Source: Azolla caroliniana
Lineage: Eukaryota; Plantae; Polypodiophyta
DNA length: 64,000 nucleotides
Reading direction: 5' to 3'
NCBI GenBank assembly: GCA_043228905.1
Contig: JBHGNT010000004.1
Coordinates: 5,580,001-5,644,000 of the forward strand
Shown piece after piece: positions 1 to 12,786 of this stretch. The stretch's first letter is position 1. Each line of letters opens with the position of its first letter. The notes under the pieces were generated by a model. That model was given only the letters and a program-made list of their open reading frames with translations. It was not told the DNA's origin and ran no database searches. The position numbers and the translations under genes were made by a program.

Positions 1-1077
1 CGGCGATGAGACTACCTGGGTGGTCGATTCCGGAGCGTCGTTCCACCTGACCCCGGAAAGAAGATACTTCTCATCCTACACAGCCGGTGAGCATGGCTGT
101 GTTCGGATGGGAAATGAAGGTACGTGCCGGATTGCCGGCATAGGAGACGTGTGGTTGACAACCTCGACTGGATGCAAAATGTTGCTGAAGGATGTCCGAC
201 ACATTCCGGAGGTTCGATTGAACCTGATTTCGGCCGGGAGGCTAGACGATGAAGGCTACACAGGTAGCATCCGGAACGGCGTAATGAAGTTCAGCAAGGG
301 GAGCCTGATAGTGGCTCGGGCCCGGAAAGTCAACACACTGTACCTTATGAATGCCTGGTTGTGTCCGGAGGAATTGAACGTGGCAGCCGACACTGCCGGT
401 GAGCTGTGGCACAAGAGACTGTGCCACATGAGTGAGAAGGGGATGAAGAGGCTTGCAGAAGACAACCTTATTCCAGTGAAGCATGTGCACCTGGAGAAGT
501 GCACCGATTGCCTGGCCGGTAAGCAGAACCGAACCTCCTTCCACTCAAGGCCACCGACGAGACGTAGCGCACCATTGGAGTTGGTGCACACTGACGTGTG
601 TCAAGTAGAAACAAAGTCACATGGCGGAGCCGAGTACTTCGTGACATTCATTGATGACCACAGCCGGAAGCTGTGGACGGCACCGTTGAAGACAAAGGAC
701 CAAGTGTTTTGCGTCTTTAAAGAACTCCACGCGAGAATGGAAAGGGAATCCGGCAAGAAGTTGAAAGCGATACGAGCGGATAACGGAGGGGAATACCGGG
801 GGCAGTTCGAGAAGTACTGTCGCTCGAAGGGAATCCGGCTCGAGTTTACTGTGCCGAAGACGCCGGAACTGAACGGGCTGGCCGAGAGGATGAACCAGAC
901 TATAATGGAGAGGGTCCGGAGTATGCTGGCGCATGCGAAATTACCCAAGGGGTTTTGGGCTGAGGCAATGTCGACGGCGACATACGTGATAAACAGATCA
1001 CCTTGAGTACCTTTGGACGGAGACACGCCGCAGAGAGTGTGGACCGGTAGGGAAGTATCCTACCGGCATCTGAAGGT
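1..1077 (+). mobile_element. Ty1/copia (Tork/Tnt1-like) internal fragment: protease, GAG-pre-integrase and integrase core; truncated
   Basis: ORF 20-1006 has WVVDSGASFH, LWHKRLCHMS, LELVHTDVC, FIDDHSRK, RADNGGEY and PELNGLAERMN. It is near-identical to 14346-15420. A TCA>TGA stop lies at 1004 and homology ends abruptly at ~1077. Confidence 0.95.
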
Positions 1078-1242
1078 TAATCTTTCTCCATCTAAGTCAA
1101 GCGTTTAATCTTAATCTCTTTCTCTCTCTCAATCTATCCTAAATACTCTCTCGTTAAGCTTGGTGCGAACTTCAATCCTTCCGGTCCAGAACCCCGGCGG
1201 TTCTGCCTCGCGATTTGCGCCTAGTGACGGATCTTCACGACA
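1078..1242 (+). mobile_element. 3' (U5) end of an LTR of the tRNA-Trp-primed family
   Basis: GTCCAGAACCCCGGCGGTTCTGCCTCGCGAT...GTGACGGATCTTCACGACA aligns with the end of solo LTR 36106-37852. It ends in CA and is followed by ACGG. Confidence 0.8.
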
Positions 1243-2850
1243 ACGGTTCCAACAGATTGTCGGAAGCCTCATCTATTTGACTATTACTCGGTCGGACCTC
1301 AGTTACCCGGTTGGGATGTGTTGAGAATCAAGCTCAACTTGGTCTAGTGTGTGAACTCACCTTGAGAGTGAATAGACACTCCAACGGTCAAGAGTCACCA
1401 TTATGTCACCACTTTGCATTCTAGCATTTAGTATGAGTCATAGAATCATATTCTATGACACATAACTTATGAGCTTTCACATTCCCCATGCTCCATGAGT
1501 CTTGTAGTTAATGAAGAAAGAGGGTGATTATATAAAGCACCCTCCTCCCACCTTGTAAAATGCGTTGAGTCTTTCTCCTTTGTTAATATACTTAACCTTG
1601 TGTATTCTCTGTGTCTTACTCCTTGTCTCTCTCACTCTCACTCTCTCTCTCACTCACTCACATAACTCACATCTCTCACTTATTCCACTACACAAGAATC
1701 ATACCCGATTCTTTATAGGATGATTAGTCAATTCATGTTGCAGCCTACAGCCGAACACTTTCAGTGGGCGCAAAGGATATTGTGATATGTAAGCGGCACG
1801 AAAGACATGGCGTTGCTATATCGAGCAGGCGTAGCCGAACAGTTAGTCGGCTACACGGATGCCGATTGGGCCGGAAACGCCAGTGATCGTAAATCCACAT
1901 CCGGATACACCTTCTCGTTAGGAAGTGCGGCGATCACGTGGAGCATCAAAAAGCAGCTAACAGTAGCACTGTCGAGCATGGAGGCCGAATATCGAGGGGC
2001 GATTGTCGCTACATGCTAAGTCATTTGGCTGAAACGGCTATTACGGGATCTGCAGGTAGAGGTGTCTGATCCAACGACGATCTATTGCGACAACCTTAGC
2101 AATATCCACCTTGCGAAAAACCTCGTGTTCCATGCCCAGACCAAGCACATTGAGGTGCATTACCATTTTGTCCGCGAGCAGGTCCTTTCAGGAGAAGTCG
2201 AATTGGTGCATGTTTCGATTGATCGGCAGATTGCCGACATCTTCACAAAACCTCTTGGTTTCGACAAGTTACGGCATTTCTCGGGTGCGCTTGGGTTGCG
2301 TCACCTCAACACGCCGAACTTGAGGGGGAGAAAGGAAGAATAAGGACAAGAGCGTGAAAGGAGCAGAGGTAAGCATCACGGCGGAAGTGACCGAGATGCG
2401 GAGTTGGATGGAGAATTTGACTTCGAACCGGCTGAAGAAGCCGAAGAAGAAAGCAAGGGACGCAATCGTAGGGAAGAGCCAAGGACAGCCAAATCAGGGG
2501 GAGATACAGCCAAGAAGGGCGTAAAGGCCAAGACCAAGAAGTGGTCTGATGTAATCAAAGGCCTAAAGACAGGGGACGAACTGGAGACAGCCAATTCGGA
2601 TGAGAGTGGAATTGAATCAGAAGTGTTCGATTCAATTGGTATGTTTGATTCGAATACACCGAATCAACTGAAGGTCATGCGGAGAAAAGGGCAGCGAAGG
2701 ACACGCCGACACCGCAACAGCAAGGGAGATGAGAAGGACTGAACAAGCAGACAAGCCGACCGAAAGGGTCGAAGCGCGTGGAATCGAACGGGTCGAGGAG
2801 CGCGAGCGAGGCATGAAGCCAGAAGGAACCGAAGCGTAGATCCGACAGTT
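1243..2850 (+). mobile_element. Degenerate Ty1/copia RT C-terminus and RNase H (second lineage) with an in-frame C-terminal extension
   Basis: IVGSLIYLTITRSDLSYPVGM|ISQFM (split by a solo LTR), GYTDADWAG..DRKSTSGY, YCDNLS, TKHIEVHYHFVRE and QIADIFTKPL; several stops. Confidence 0.9.
1319..1717. mobile_element. Solo LTR (399 bp) inserted in the copia RT
   Basis: 5-bp TSD GGATG at 1314-1318 and 1718-1722. Termini are TGTTGAGAATC...GATTCTTTATA (imperfect inverted ends, CA>TA). TATATAAA at ~1528. Removing it restores the RT frame. Confidence 0.85.
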
Positions 2851-3600
2851 TTCTGAGAGATATCTCATGAGCTTGGGCAAAATTCCTATCCATGAAGCAA
2901 GAATTAGCTCCGAAATCTAGAAGTGCTAAGACATGTACTGGAGGGGTACTTTTAGTACTAACTATTACTTGGGCTACGAACACATTGCTAACTTGCTTAG
3001 AGGGAATAGAACCACTAATGGGCTGCACAAATCTAGGGTTGTCCAACCAAACAGCTCCTATTTTGGCTGGACTAAGTCGTTTAACTCTTCTTCTAACTAA
3101 TTAAGGACATCAAATTTGTTTGCTAGATTTGGGCTATGAATACTATTAGTACTATCAGATATTCCTACTGAAATAGACTCGGGTTTAGTACAATTAGAAC
3201 TAGCAACTATTTGGTTTACCTGTCTTCTTGGCCTATAGGGACAATTTATTGCAATATGCCCTGTCCACTGCAATAAAGACATAGTCGATTTGCTCGACGT
3301 CGCTGCTTTTCTTCTTCCGATAATGAACCACGACGAAGTGTAGTGTCAATCTCCATCGGAGTCGGAGTATTCACTGGAGACGCATTATATGACTCCCTCG
3401 GAAAAGGTTTCACTACCACTGACGCGTAGGTGGGCTCTGATGTTGCCCTCGGCATCTAAAATTATCGTTCGAAAAGGCGGTTGTCGCATCTCACCGCGCG
3501 ACTAATTGCTTCTATTAATGACTTTGGTTCTTTGGGGAAGGTCAAGAGTAAATCCTTGACATCGTTACGTAAACCATAACAAAATTGCTCCATCAATGCT
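2850..3600 (-). mobile_element. Ty3/gypsy chromovirus-like gag C-terminus and protease fragment
   Basis: [43 protein letters not shown] (CCHC, frameshifted) and ALLDFGANSCFMD (protease). Both ends are abrupt and approximate. Confidence 0.85.
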
Positions 3601-5709
3601 GGTGATAATAGAGCTGGAAGCTTCAGGAAGGCACGAGGCGGATCTACCTCCGACACTACCACGCGAGCCTCCGACGGAGGAGGAAAGACCTCCGACACCG
3701 CCCCCAACAGAAGAGGAGGAGAGACCTCTGTCACCACCAGCTCGAGTTCCGACACCGGACGACGATATGCCGTTCCAATATCCCAAGTATCGGGATGATC
3801 CGGATGCGGAAGCCCATGTGTATGCATTTCTACAAACATGGGAAGCAAACCATGTGTCGCAACGCTTAACCACCGCCGAAGCAAAACGCTCGAAAATTGT
3901 AGAGTTCGGCATGAACTTGGAAGGACCAGCTACGCGATGGCGCTTGACGCACCTTCCCGGCACCATCACGACGTTTGAGGACATGAAAACCATATTTTTA
4001 CAATTCTTCGACAAGGAGGTGCATCAACGGGAGATGGTCGGCCTATTCTACACCATACGGCAGGAACCTACAGAAACCATTCAGCAATTCATAATCTGAT
4101 TCCAGCGAATGCACAGCCAGCTAAGTCGGGCACCACCGGAAGCAGAGGCTAAAGCAATATTCCTAGTAGCACTCCGAGAACCCCTACGTACGGTGTGCGC
4201 AGTCATTGATTTCCACACCAGCACGATTGACCAGGTCATAGACTGGGTCAGGGAGATGGAGAAAACAAGCTCGTGGCTAACAATGGGGGCACTCCAGCGT
4301 GCCTTACCAACAAACAAAAACCTACATTTTCGGCAAGCTATACAATGTACGACTTGTCTCAATGCCAGGCACTCTGTAATAGAATGTACCATGCGGTCAC
4401 AATGCATGTTATGCCACTCCAGGTCGCACACAATGGACCGATGCGAATATAATTTACTGAACCAGCAAGCGGCACCGATAAGACAAATCGATACCCACAG
4501 CGACCGAGAAGAGGAAGAAGAACATTGGCATCGAGACGAGCGTTATCGGCCAGTGCAGGATGCTTGGTACACCGACAGAAGGGACACTTATGATCGGGAC
4601 CGGTACGACAGGTACCGGGATTATAATGGTGACCATTCTCATCGTGATCACTCTCCCAGTTACAACCAGAGGAGAGAGGATCAATGCGGGGATTACGAAG
4701 ATCGCCACCGACAGGGATACAAGAACCACCAACATTTCAATAAGAAACGAAACAACCGAAAGGAGGAGCGTCGGGAATTGGCAAAGGAATACCCACGAGA
4801 GCCGGAAAGAGGCTTGAGTGGCACCCAAGCAGAACAAAGATGAACGGAAGAGCCTAATAGACCGGCAACAAGATTTCAACCAAGTACCGGGCAACAAGCA
4901 GAATCCAACAATACCTGGAAAGCGTATTGTTATTATTGTTGGCAGGAAGGCCATTACAGCAACCAATGCCCGGTGAAAAGTAATGAAAAACGACCGGCAA
5001 TCAATATGGTGGTAGCAGAAGTCACGGATATACAGCAAGTCACCACCAAGTCAAAAGGAAAGACGACGGAGTGGGAAGCACAAGAGGCGATCCAGAAACA
5101 GGCCATTGAATGGGTGGAGAAGGCAAATGCGCGGAATGCGACCGAAGTCAAACAACAAAAGGAGGCACCGACGGAGCTCACTGACACAATATAGTCCAAA
5201 AACCCAACATGGAAGGCGTTACAGGAAAACCAAATTACGTTGCCACTAGGCCGGCTACTACAATTAGTACCTCGGTTCACGGATGGGCTGAAATCGGCAA
5301 TAACACCACCAGACTCGTCGTCGGCTCCGGCTTTCTTTTCCAACCCAAAGGAAGGGCCGGTAGTGGTGGACACAAGCAGTCCGGCAATCACTGCCATTGT
5401 CAAAGGACGCAAGCTACCGTGGACGATCGTCGACGGAGGATCAGGCGTCAATGTAATCGGCCTCCGTACTTCTGATACCCTGGGAATCCAGGAGTGGGAG
5501 CCTTGCCCGTTTTGGCTCCGAATGGCAGATACGAGTTCGGTAAGGCCCACCGGTTTAATACGAGATCTGGAGGTAACAATTGGAGGACATGCATTCTGCA
5601 TTTCTGCGGTGGTTCTCTAGTTAAACACCCAAGGGGCTTACCCACTATTGCTTGGACGACCATGGTTGCGGACGGCGCACATTAAGCAAAACTGGAGAAA
5701 GAACGTGAT
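3596..5709 (+). pseudogene. gypsy gag (three CCHC knuckles) and aspartic protease
   Basis: ORFs 3596, 4109, 4973 and 5240 share one frame separated by stops. Motifs CTTCLNARHSVIEC, CMLCHSRSHTMDRC, CYYCWQEGHYSNQC and IVDGGSGVNVI. Confidence 0.88.
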
Positions 5710-8700
5710 TGTTAGGAAACATGTCCCTTCGGATGGGAAATGAGAAGAACAGTACTGATGGGAAACCGGATGTGGAGTACCCGGCAACGGAAGATCCGGT
5801 GAGAACCAGATGACTAGTATCCAGCAAGAGCCGGATGGTGAAGACCCGATGAGAACCGGATGAAGAGTACCTAGCTACGGAAGACCCGGTCAGAACCGGA
5901 TGAGGAGTACCCAGCTACGGAAGACCCGGTGAAAACCGGATGAGGAGTACCCGGCAAGAGCCGGATGGTGAAGGCCCGGTGAGAAGTGCTCACCAGATGA
6001 AGGGACATATTCATAAATATGTTTTCCTGAGAGTCCATCGGGGCTATATTTGTAAATAGCCGAAAAGTCATATTAGTATAAATATGACTTAGGGCAAATT
6101 TTGTAAGTGAGTAGTTGTCATTTCTTGTTGGCACAAGATTAGAGCGCGTAACTGTGTACAGAGAGAGTGAGAGAGAGAGGAAGAGGTCGTTGCCTCTGTT
6201 GTAACCGCCACCTGTGGCGAAGATAGAAAGCTCGAGGTCGTTGCTTTGGTGCTTTACCATTTGTACACTCTGACATAGTGATAGTTTGCAGTCTGTGGGT
6301 TGCCGTGGTTTTTTCCCTCGTTTGGGTTTTTCCACGTTAACATCCTATGTTCTCTTCTCTCCATTGTGTCATGCATTCATTCCCCGTTTTTCTGTGTTTT
6401 TTCATTCTAAGCTCGGTTGTGGCCGAGCGTTGTTCATCGGGAACGTGTGTTCCTGTCAAAGTGGTATCAGAGTGAAACGACACAGAAAATGGACGATTCG
6501 TTGGGAGGCATGTTCAAGCTCACCGGCTCCAACTATTCGGTGTGGAAGTCGAAGATGAGGGACATGCTCGTGGTTAAAGATCTTTGGTTGCCAGTTCAGT
6601 TTGGGGACAAGACACCAGACAAAATCGACGCCACGATATGGGAGGTGATGCACATGAAGACAATGGCGTACATACGATGCTTCATCGACATGAGTCTATA
6701 CAACAACTTCAATGAAGAGAGCAAGGCTCATGAGCTCTAGGAGAAGATCGGCATTATGTTTCAGAACAAAAATGTTGTCAATCAGGTTTCGGTATTTCGG
6801 AAGCTAGTAAGACTCTGGTACCAAGATGGCTCCAACATGGCGGAGCACATGAATGCCTTCCAGGGGCTGATCCACCAGGCAACATCATTGGAAGTACCTC
6901 TCACCGATGAGGTACTAGCGTTGCTCCTGCTCGGTTCCCTCCCAAAAGTTGGGAGACGTTGGTTGTCACCTTGGGCAACGCCGGGCCAGAAGGGAAACGG
7001 TTATCCCTAGCAAGAGTGAAGTCGAGCTTGCTAGATGAGGAGGCGCGTCGAAAAGATAAGGATACGAGCTCCGACTCCAAAGCGCTTCTTACCAAATCGG
7101 AACGAGGAAGACAAAGAAACCGTAGTCCCCACAACCGGGAAAAGTCGGGGACATGGTCAAAGTCAAGGGGGAGGCCTACTTGCTTCTATTGCGGCAAGCC
7201 GGGACACTTCCAGAAGAACTGTCGGCATTTCCGAAAAGACAAGGAAACCGATGGTACCGATTCGAAGCGGACACCGGACCGGAACGGTAAAGACCAGAGG
7301 GGAACGGACCGGAAGGGAACGACGGCAATCGCGGCAAGTGAAGAAGAGTTGATGCTCATCACCGAGGAGAGTGAGATAAACCTTGACGGCGACGAGATGA
7401 CCTGGGTGGTCAACTCCGGAGCGTTGTTCCACCTTACCCCGGACCGGAAATGCTTCTCATCCTACTCAGTCGGTGATCACGGCTGTGTCCGGATGGGGAA
7501 TGAAGGTACATGCCGAATTGTCGGCATAGGAGACATGTGGCTGACAACACCAACCGGATGCAAGATGTTGCTGAAGGATGTCCGACATGTTCCAGAGGTT
7601 CGTCTGAACCTGATATCAGCTGATCGGCTAGATGATGAAGGCTACACGGGTAGCATCCGGAACAGTGTTATGAAGTTCAGCAAAGGGAGCCTGATTGTGG
7701 CTCGGGCCCGGAAGGTCAACACATTGTACCTGATGAATGCTCGGTTATGTCCGGAGGAAGTGAACATGGCATCCGACATTGCCGGTGAGTTGTGGCACAA
7801 AAGGTTGTGTCACATGAGCGAGAAGGGGATAAAGAGGCTTGCAGACGACAACCTCATTCCAGTGAAGAACGTGCACTTGGAGAAGTGCACTAATTGTCTG
7901 GCCGATAAGCAAAACCAGACCTCCTTCTGACCAAGGCCACTGATGAGACGTAATGCACCACTGGAGTTGGTGCATAATGATGTGTGTCAAGTGGACACGA
8001 AGTCACATGCAGGATCACAGTACTTCGTGACGTTCATCCTGGAGAGTCTGGACCGGTAAGGAAGTGTCCTACCGGCATCTGAAGGTATTCGGGTGTCTTG
8101 CATACATGCATGTTGCTAAGGACCGGAGAGGAAAGTTGGATCCAAAGACCCGGCCATGCATATTCCTTGGTCACGGCGACGATGAGTTCGGCTACTGAGT
8201 GTGGGACCTGGTCGACAAGAAGGTATTCCAGAGTAGAGATATTATCTTTATGGAGGACAAGACGCTCGCCGACTGGGAGTCGGAGAAGAAGATAATGAAC
8301 TCTGAGTCGACCGGTAAGGATCGATTCTCGATGAGCAGACCCAACCGGCAAGAGACCGGTTAGCACTCGAGGAACCAGCCGGTTACGGTGCAGATACCGA
8401 ACCGGCAAAAGAAGAAGTAGAGGAAGCTAAAACCGGAACCGGTCAAGACCCCGAATCGGATTCGGATGAAGAGCAAATGGAGGAGCCAATTACCGAAGCC
8501 CAAAGACGGAGATATCCTCTCAGAGAGAGAAGGGCCCCCGGAGATTTCCGGATGCAGAGCATGTGCTGCTGACCGATGAGGGGGAGCCAGAAAGCTTCGA
8601 GGAAGCTAAAAGTGACGCTCATAGCCACAAATGGTTAAGTGCCATGCAGGATTAGATGGATTCCCTGCATGAGAACCATACGTACGAATTGGTGGAGTTG

Positions 8701-10397
8701 CCAAAAGGAAAGCGGGCACTCCGAAACAAGTAGGTGTACAAGTTGAAATCGGGAGATGCCGGCAACCCCCCCGGATACAAAGCCAGGATCGTGGTGAAGG
8801 GGTTTCAGCATAAGAAGGGTGTGGACTTCGATGAGATATTTGCCCCAGTAGTAAAGATGACCTCCATCCGGACGGTGCTAAGTATAGCGGCAAGCATGGA
8901 CCTCGAGGTAGAGCAGTTGGACGTGAAGACAACATTCCTTCACGGTGACCTTGAAGAGGAGATCTACATGCAGCAACCAGAAGGATTCGTGGAGAAAGGG
9001 AAGGAGCACCTGGTATGCTGGTTGAAGAAGAGCCTGTACGGACTGAAGTAGGCTCCCCGACAATGGTACCGGAAGTTCGACTCCTTCATGACCGATCAAG
9101 GGTACCACAAGACGCAGGCCGATCACTGCGTGTTTGTGAAGAAGTTCGGAGGAGGCGACTTCCTGATACTCCTTCTGTACGTGGACGACATGTTGATCGT
9201 CGGATGGGACCAAGCCAAAATACGGATGCTAAAGAAGGCTCTCAATCGAACCTTCGCAATGAAAGACTTGGGTCCGGCAAGACAGATGTTGGGGATGCAT
9301 ATCATCCGGAACCGGCCAACAAAGCAACTGTGGCTGTCACAGGAGAAATACATGACAAAGGTGCTTCAGCGGTTCAACATGTCAGATGCGAAACCGGTCG
9401 GATCGACACTTCCGGCAAACTGCAGGTTATCCGGTAAGCAAAGCCCGAAGACGAAAGCAGAGAAGGCGGATATGATGAAGGTTCCATATGCCTCTGCCGT
9501 CGGGAGCTTAATGTATGCAATGGTGTGTACCCGACCGGATATAGGATACACAGTCAGAGTGGTGAACCGGTTTATGAGCAATCTCGGCAAGGAGCACTAG
9601 AACGTGATCAAATGGATACTCCGGTACTTGAAGGGCACTTCAAATATGTGTCTTTGATTCGGCTCCGGAAAACCTCAACTTGACGGTTTTACCGATTCGG
9701 ACATGTCGGCTGATGTGGATACCAGCCGGTCTACATCCGGGTATGTAATGACATATGCAGGGGGAGCTGTTTCGTGGTAGTCGAGGCTGCAGAAGACGGT
9801 TGCGTTGTCAACCAAGGAGGCGGAGTACACGGCGGTTGTGGAAGCCGACAAGGAAATACTATGGATGAAGGACTTCATCAGAGAGCTCGGTATCCGGCAA
9901 GATGAATATCGGCTCTATTGCGACAGTCAAAGTGCCATCCACCTTGCTAAGAATGCGGCCTACCATTCCCGGACGAAGCAAGATATATTTGTAAATAGCC
10001 GAAAAGTCATATTAGTATAAATATGACTTAGGGCAAACTTTGTAAGTGAGTAGTTGTCATTTCTTGTTGGTGCAAGATTAGAGCGCGTAACTGTGTACAG
10101 AGAGAGTGAGAGAGAGAGGAAGAGGTCGTTGCCTCTGTTGTAACCACCGCCTATGGCGAAGATAGAAAGCTCGAGGTCGTTGCTTCGGTGCTTTACCATT
10201 TGTACATTCTGACATAGTGATAGTTTGCAGTCTGTGGGCTGCCGTGGTTTTTTCCCTAGTTTGGGTTTTTCCACGTTAACATCCTGTGTTCTCTTCTCTC
10301 CATTGTGTCGTGCATTCATTCCCCGTTTTTCTGTGCTTTTTGATTCTAAGCTCGGTTGTGGCCGAGCGTTGTTCATCGGGAACGTGTGTTCCTGTCA
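5710..10397 (+). mobile_element. Degenerate Ty1/copia (Tork-like) with internal deletions
   Basis: TSD GTGAT at 5705-5709 and 10398-10402. 5' LTR 5710-6458 (TG..CA), PBS TGGTATCAGAG at 6462 (tRNA-iMet), gag ATG 6489. Integrase core deleted at ~8039; RH end, PPT and U3 deleted at ~9982; truncated 3' LTR ~9983-10397. RT motif LLYVDDML. Confidence 0.95.
5765..5985 (+). repeat. About five degenerate 40-50 bp tandem units in the copia U3
   Basis: Unit is approximately ACCGGATGAGGAGTACCCRGCWACGGAAGACCCGGTGAGA. Confidence 0.8.
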
Positions 10398-10402
10398 GTG
10401 AT

Positions 10403-12144
10403 TACGTTTCGTCGAGGCAAAACCAAGGTACGGGTACCGACACATTCACAAACCGGAACAAGCAAAGAGCTAACACCATTATACGTTGAGAGCGTTAATA
10501 TGTTGGAAGGGCTCTCCGACGAGGAAGTCGATCGGTATCTTCAGGATAATCCAAAAATCGTACCTTTGTTCAAAATAGATGTGGCTGAAGCAGTTTCTCT
10601 GTATATTGCACAACCGGAAGATGCCGGAGAGGAACCGGATAGAGATGCCATCAGAGAACTACGTCAAGCACAGGAGGCCCTGGAACGGGAAATGGCGGTA
10701 TCTCAAAGGGTAAAGGCGTCCCAGGTAGAGGAAGTAAACTTGGGAACTGGAGAGGAAGCACAACCAGTACATATTGCCAAAGAAATGTCACCGGAAAACA
10801 AAACGGCAATGATTACATTATTGAAGGAATTCCGAGACGTATTTGCCTGGTCCTATGAGGATATGCAAGGGTTGGATCCGCAGCTGTATCAACATTAGAT
10901 ACATCTCAGCGAAGACGCCAAACCGGTAGCACAAAGGCACTACCGAATGAACCCTAACTATGCGGTAAGGGTAAAAGAAGAGATTGACAAGTTACTCCAA
11001 GTCAGTTTTATCCGGCCGGTAAAGAAAGCCTCATGGTTGAGTCCGATAGTCGTCGTGCCGAAAAAGAACGGGAAGATCCAAGAGTGCGTCGATTATCGGA
11101 AACTAAATGCCGCAACGGTGATCGATGCCTTTCCACTTCCATTCACGGATGGAGTTCTGGACGCGGTAGCCGGTCATGAGGTATATAGCTTTCTAGACGG
11201 ATTTAGAGGTTACAATCAAATACGGATGCACCCCAATGACCAAGAAAAGACGGCGTTCATTACCGAGTGGGGAGTTTTTGTTGCCGTAGTGATGATGTTT
11301 GGACTCAAGACGGCGTCGGCTACCTTTCAGCGAATAATCATGGAAATATTTGGAGAGTTCATCCTGGCGTTTATGCAAGTGTTCCTAGATGACTTCACGG
11401 TGTATAGCCAGCAAGGGGAGCACCTGGACCATCTCTGGTTATGCCTAGAGAAATGCAGGGGGTACCGTCTAAGCTTGAACCCGGCAAAGTGTGTGTTCGG
11501 GGTGGCTAGTGGTACCCTACTTGGCCATATTGTCAACAAGGACGGGATAGCAGTAGACCCGGACAAAGTCAAGGCAATCCTAGAGGCACCGGCACCAACG
11601 ACGGCCAAAGCATTAAGCAGATTCTTAGGACAAATCCGGTGGCATAGCCGGATGCTCCGGTATTTGGCAGATCTTGCAACCCCAATGCATGTTGCGGTTC
11701 ATCGGACACCATTTCAATGGACGGCTACAAAGGATGACGCTTACCGGGCACTAAAAGTATTACTATTGCAAGCACTGGTAGTACAACCCCCGGACTGGTC
11801 CAACGAGTTTCATGTGTTCATCGACGTGTCCGACATAGCAATCGCAACGCACTTATGCAGCTGACCGAACCCAAGTGGTACCGATCGGTATACTATGCAA
11901 GCCAGAAACTGTCACAAGCGGAACGAAATTACTCCACAACGGAAAGAGAGGCCTTGGAGATGATTTATAGTGTCACGAAGTTCCGGCACTATTTGTTGGG
12001 CCGTAAATTTTCATTCCACGTAGACCATTTTGCACTTTTATACTTGGTCTCTAAGGCATCCCTCATAGGTAAGCTGGCCCGGTGGACATTGCTACTACAG
12101 GAATTCGAGTTCGAAATTTATCACCGACCGGGTATACAACACGT
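10403..12144 (+). pseudogene. gypsy reverse transcriptase and RNase H
   Basis: SWLSPIVVVPKKNG, VDYRKLN, FLDGFRGYNQI, MMFGLK, VFLDDF, ERNYSTTEREAL and LARWTLLLQEFEFEIYHRPG. Confidence 0.95.
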
Positions 12145-12786
12145 TGTCATGAAGAAAACCGTCCCTTAGCGCAATCGGTGCATAGCGCGCGTGAACCGGC
12201 TCTTCACATGTGCCGCCCTTAATGTATATAATAGGGAATTAAGTACAAAGGCATATCCGGGTAGTTAGATTCGGTAGGTAGGAAGTAAATGAGGGAGACG
12301 GCTCCCTTCTTGAAGCTATAAAGGAGAGGGAGACGCAGGGAGAAGGCATCGCGCATTAAGGAGGACGAAGTGTTGCCGGACCGTAACCGAACGCTTCTCC
12401 TCTGTTCGTTCTCGATTGCTCTTCTCTGCAGGGTTTCGGGAGGCTCGCGCTGCTTTGAGGAACGCCTGTGTGCTTCCGGCAGCACCTTCACCCTTTTCTC
12501 CTTTCGTGCGCAGACGAACAGGCATCGGCATCTGTTCGTCGGCCTATTCGGTTGTATTAGCTCGCGTGCTCTGTTTGTGTATTTGTTATTCGTTAAATCT
12601 ACAAAAATTTGTGTCTCCCTGTCTCTGTGTCCATTCGCGTCTTCTGTGTTGACGGGCCGTGCCCCTGTGTTTCTTTGCTCATACGTGACAGGCGTCTCTC
12701 TCTCTCTCTCTTTTTCCCCTTCTATCACCTGCTCTTCGGTTCAAGACCCCGATGGTCCCGCCTCGTTTCTCCACGCACGCACGTAG

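Noticed and set aside
1328-1385. A-box-like AGCTCAACTTGG in the solo LTR
   Set aside because: No B box at a suitable distance.
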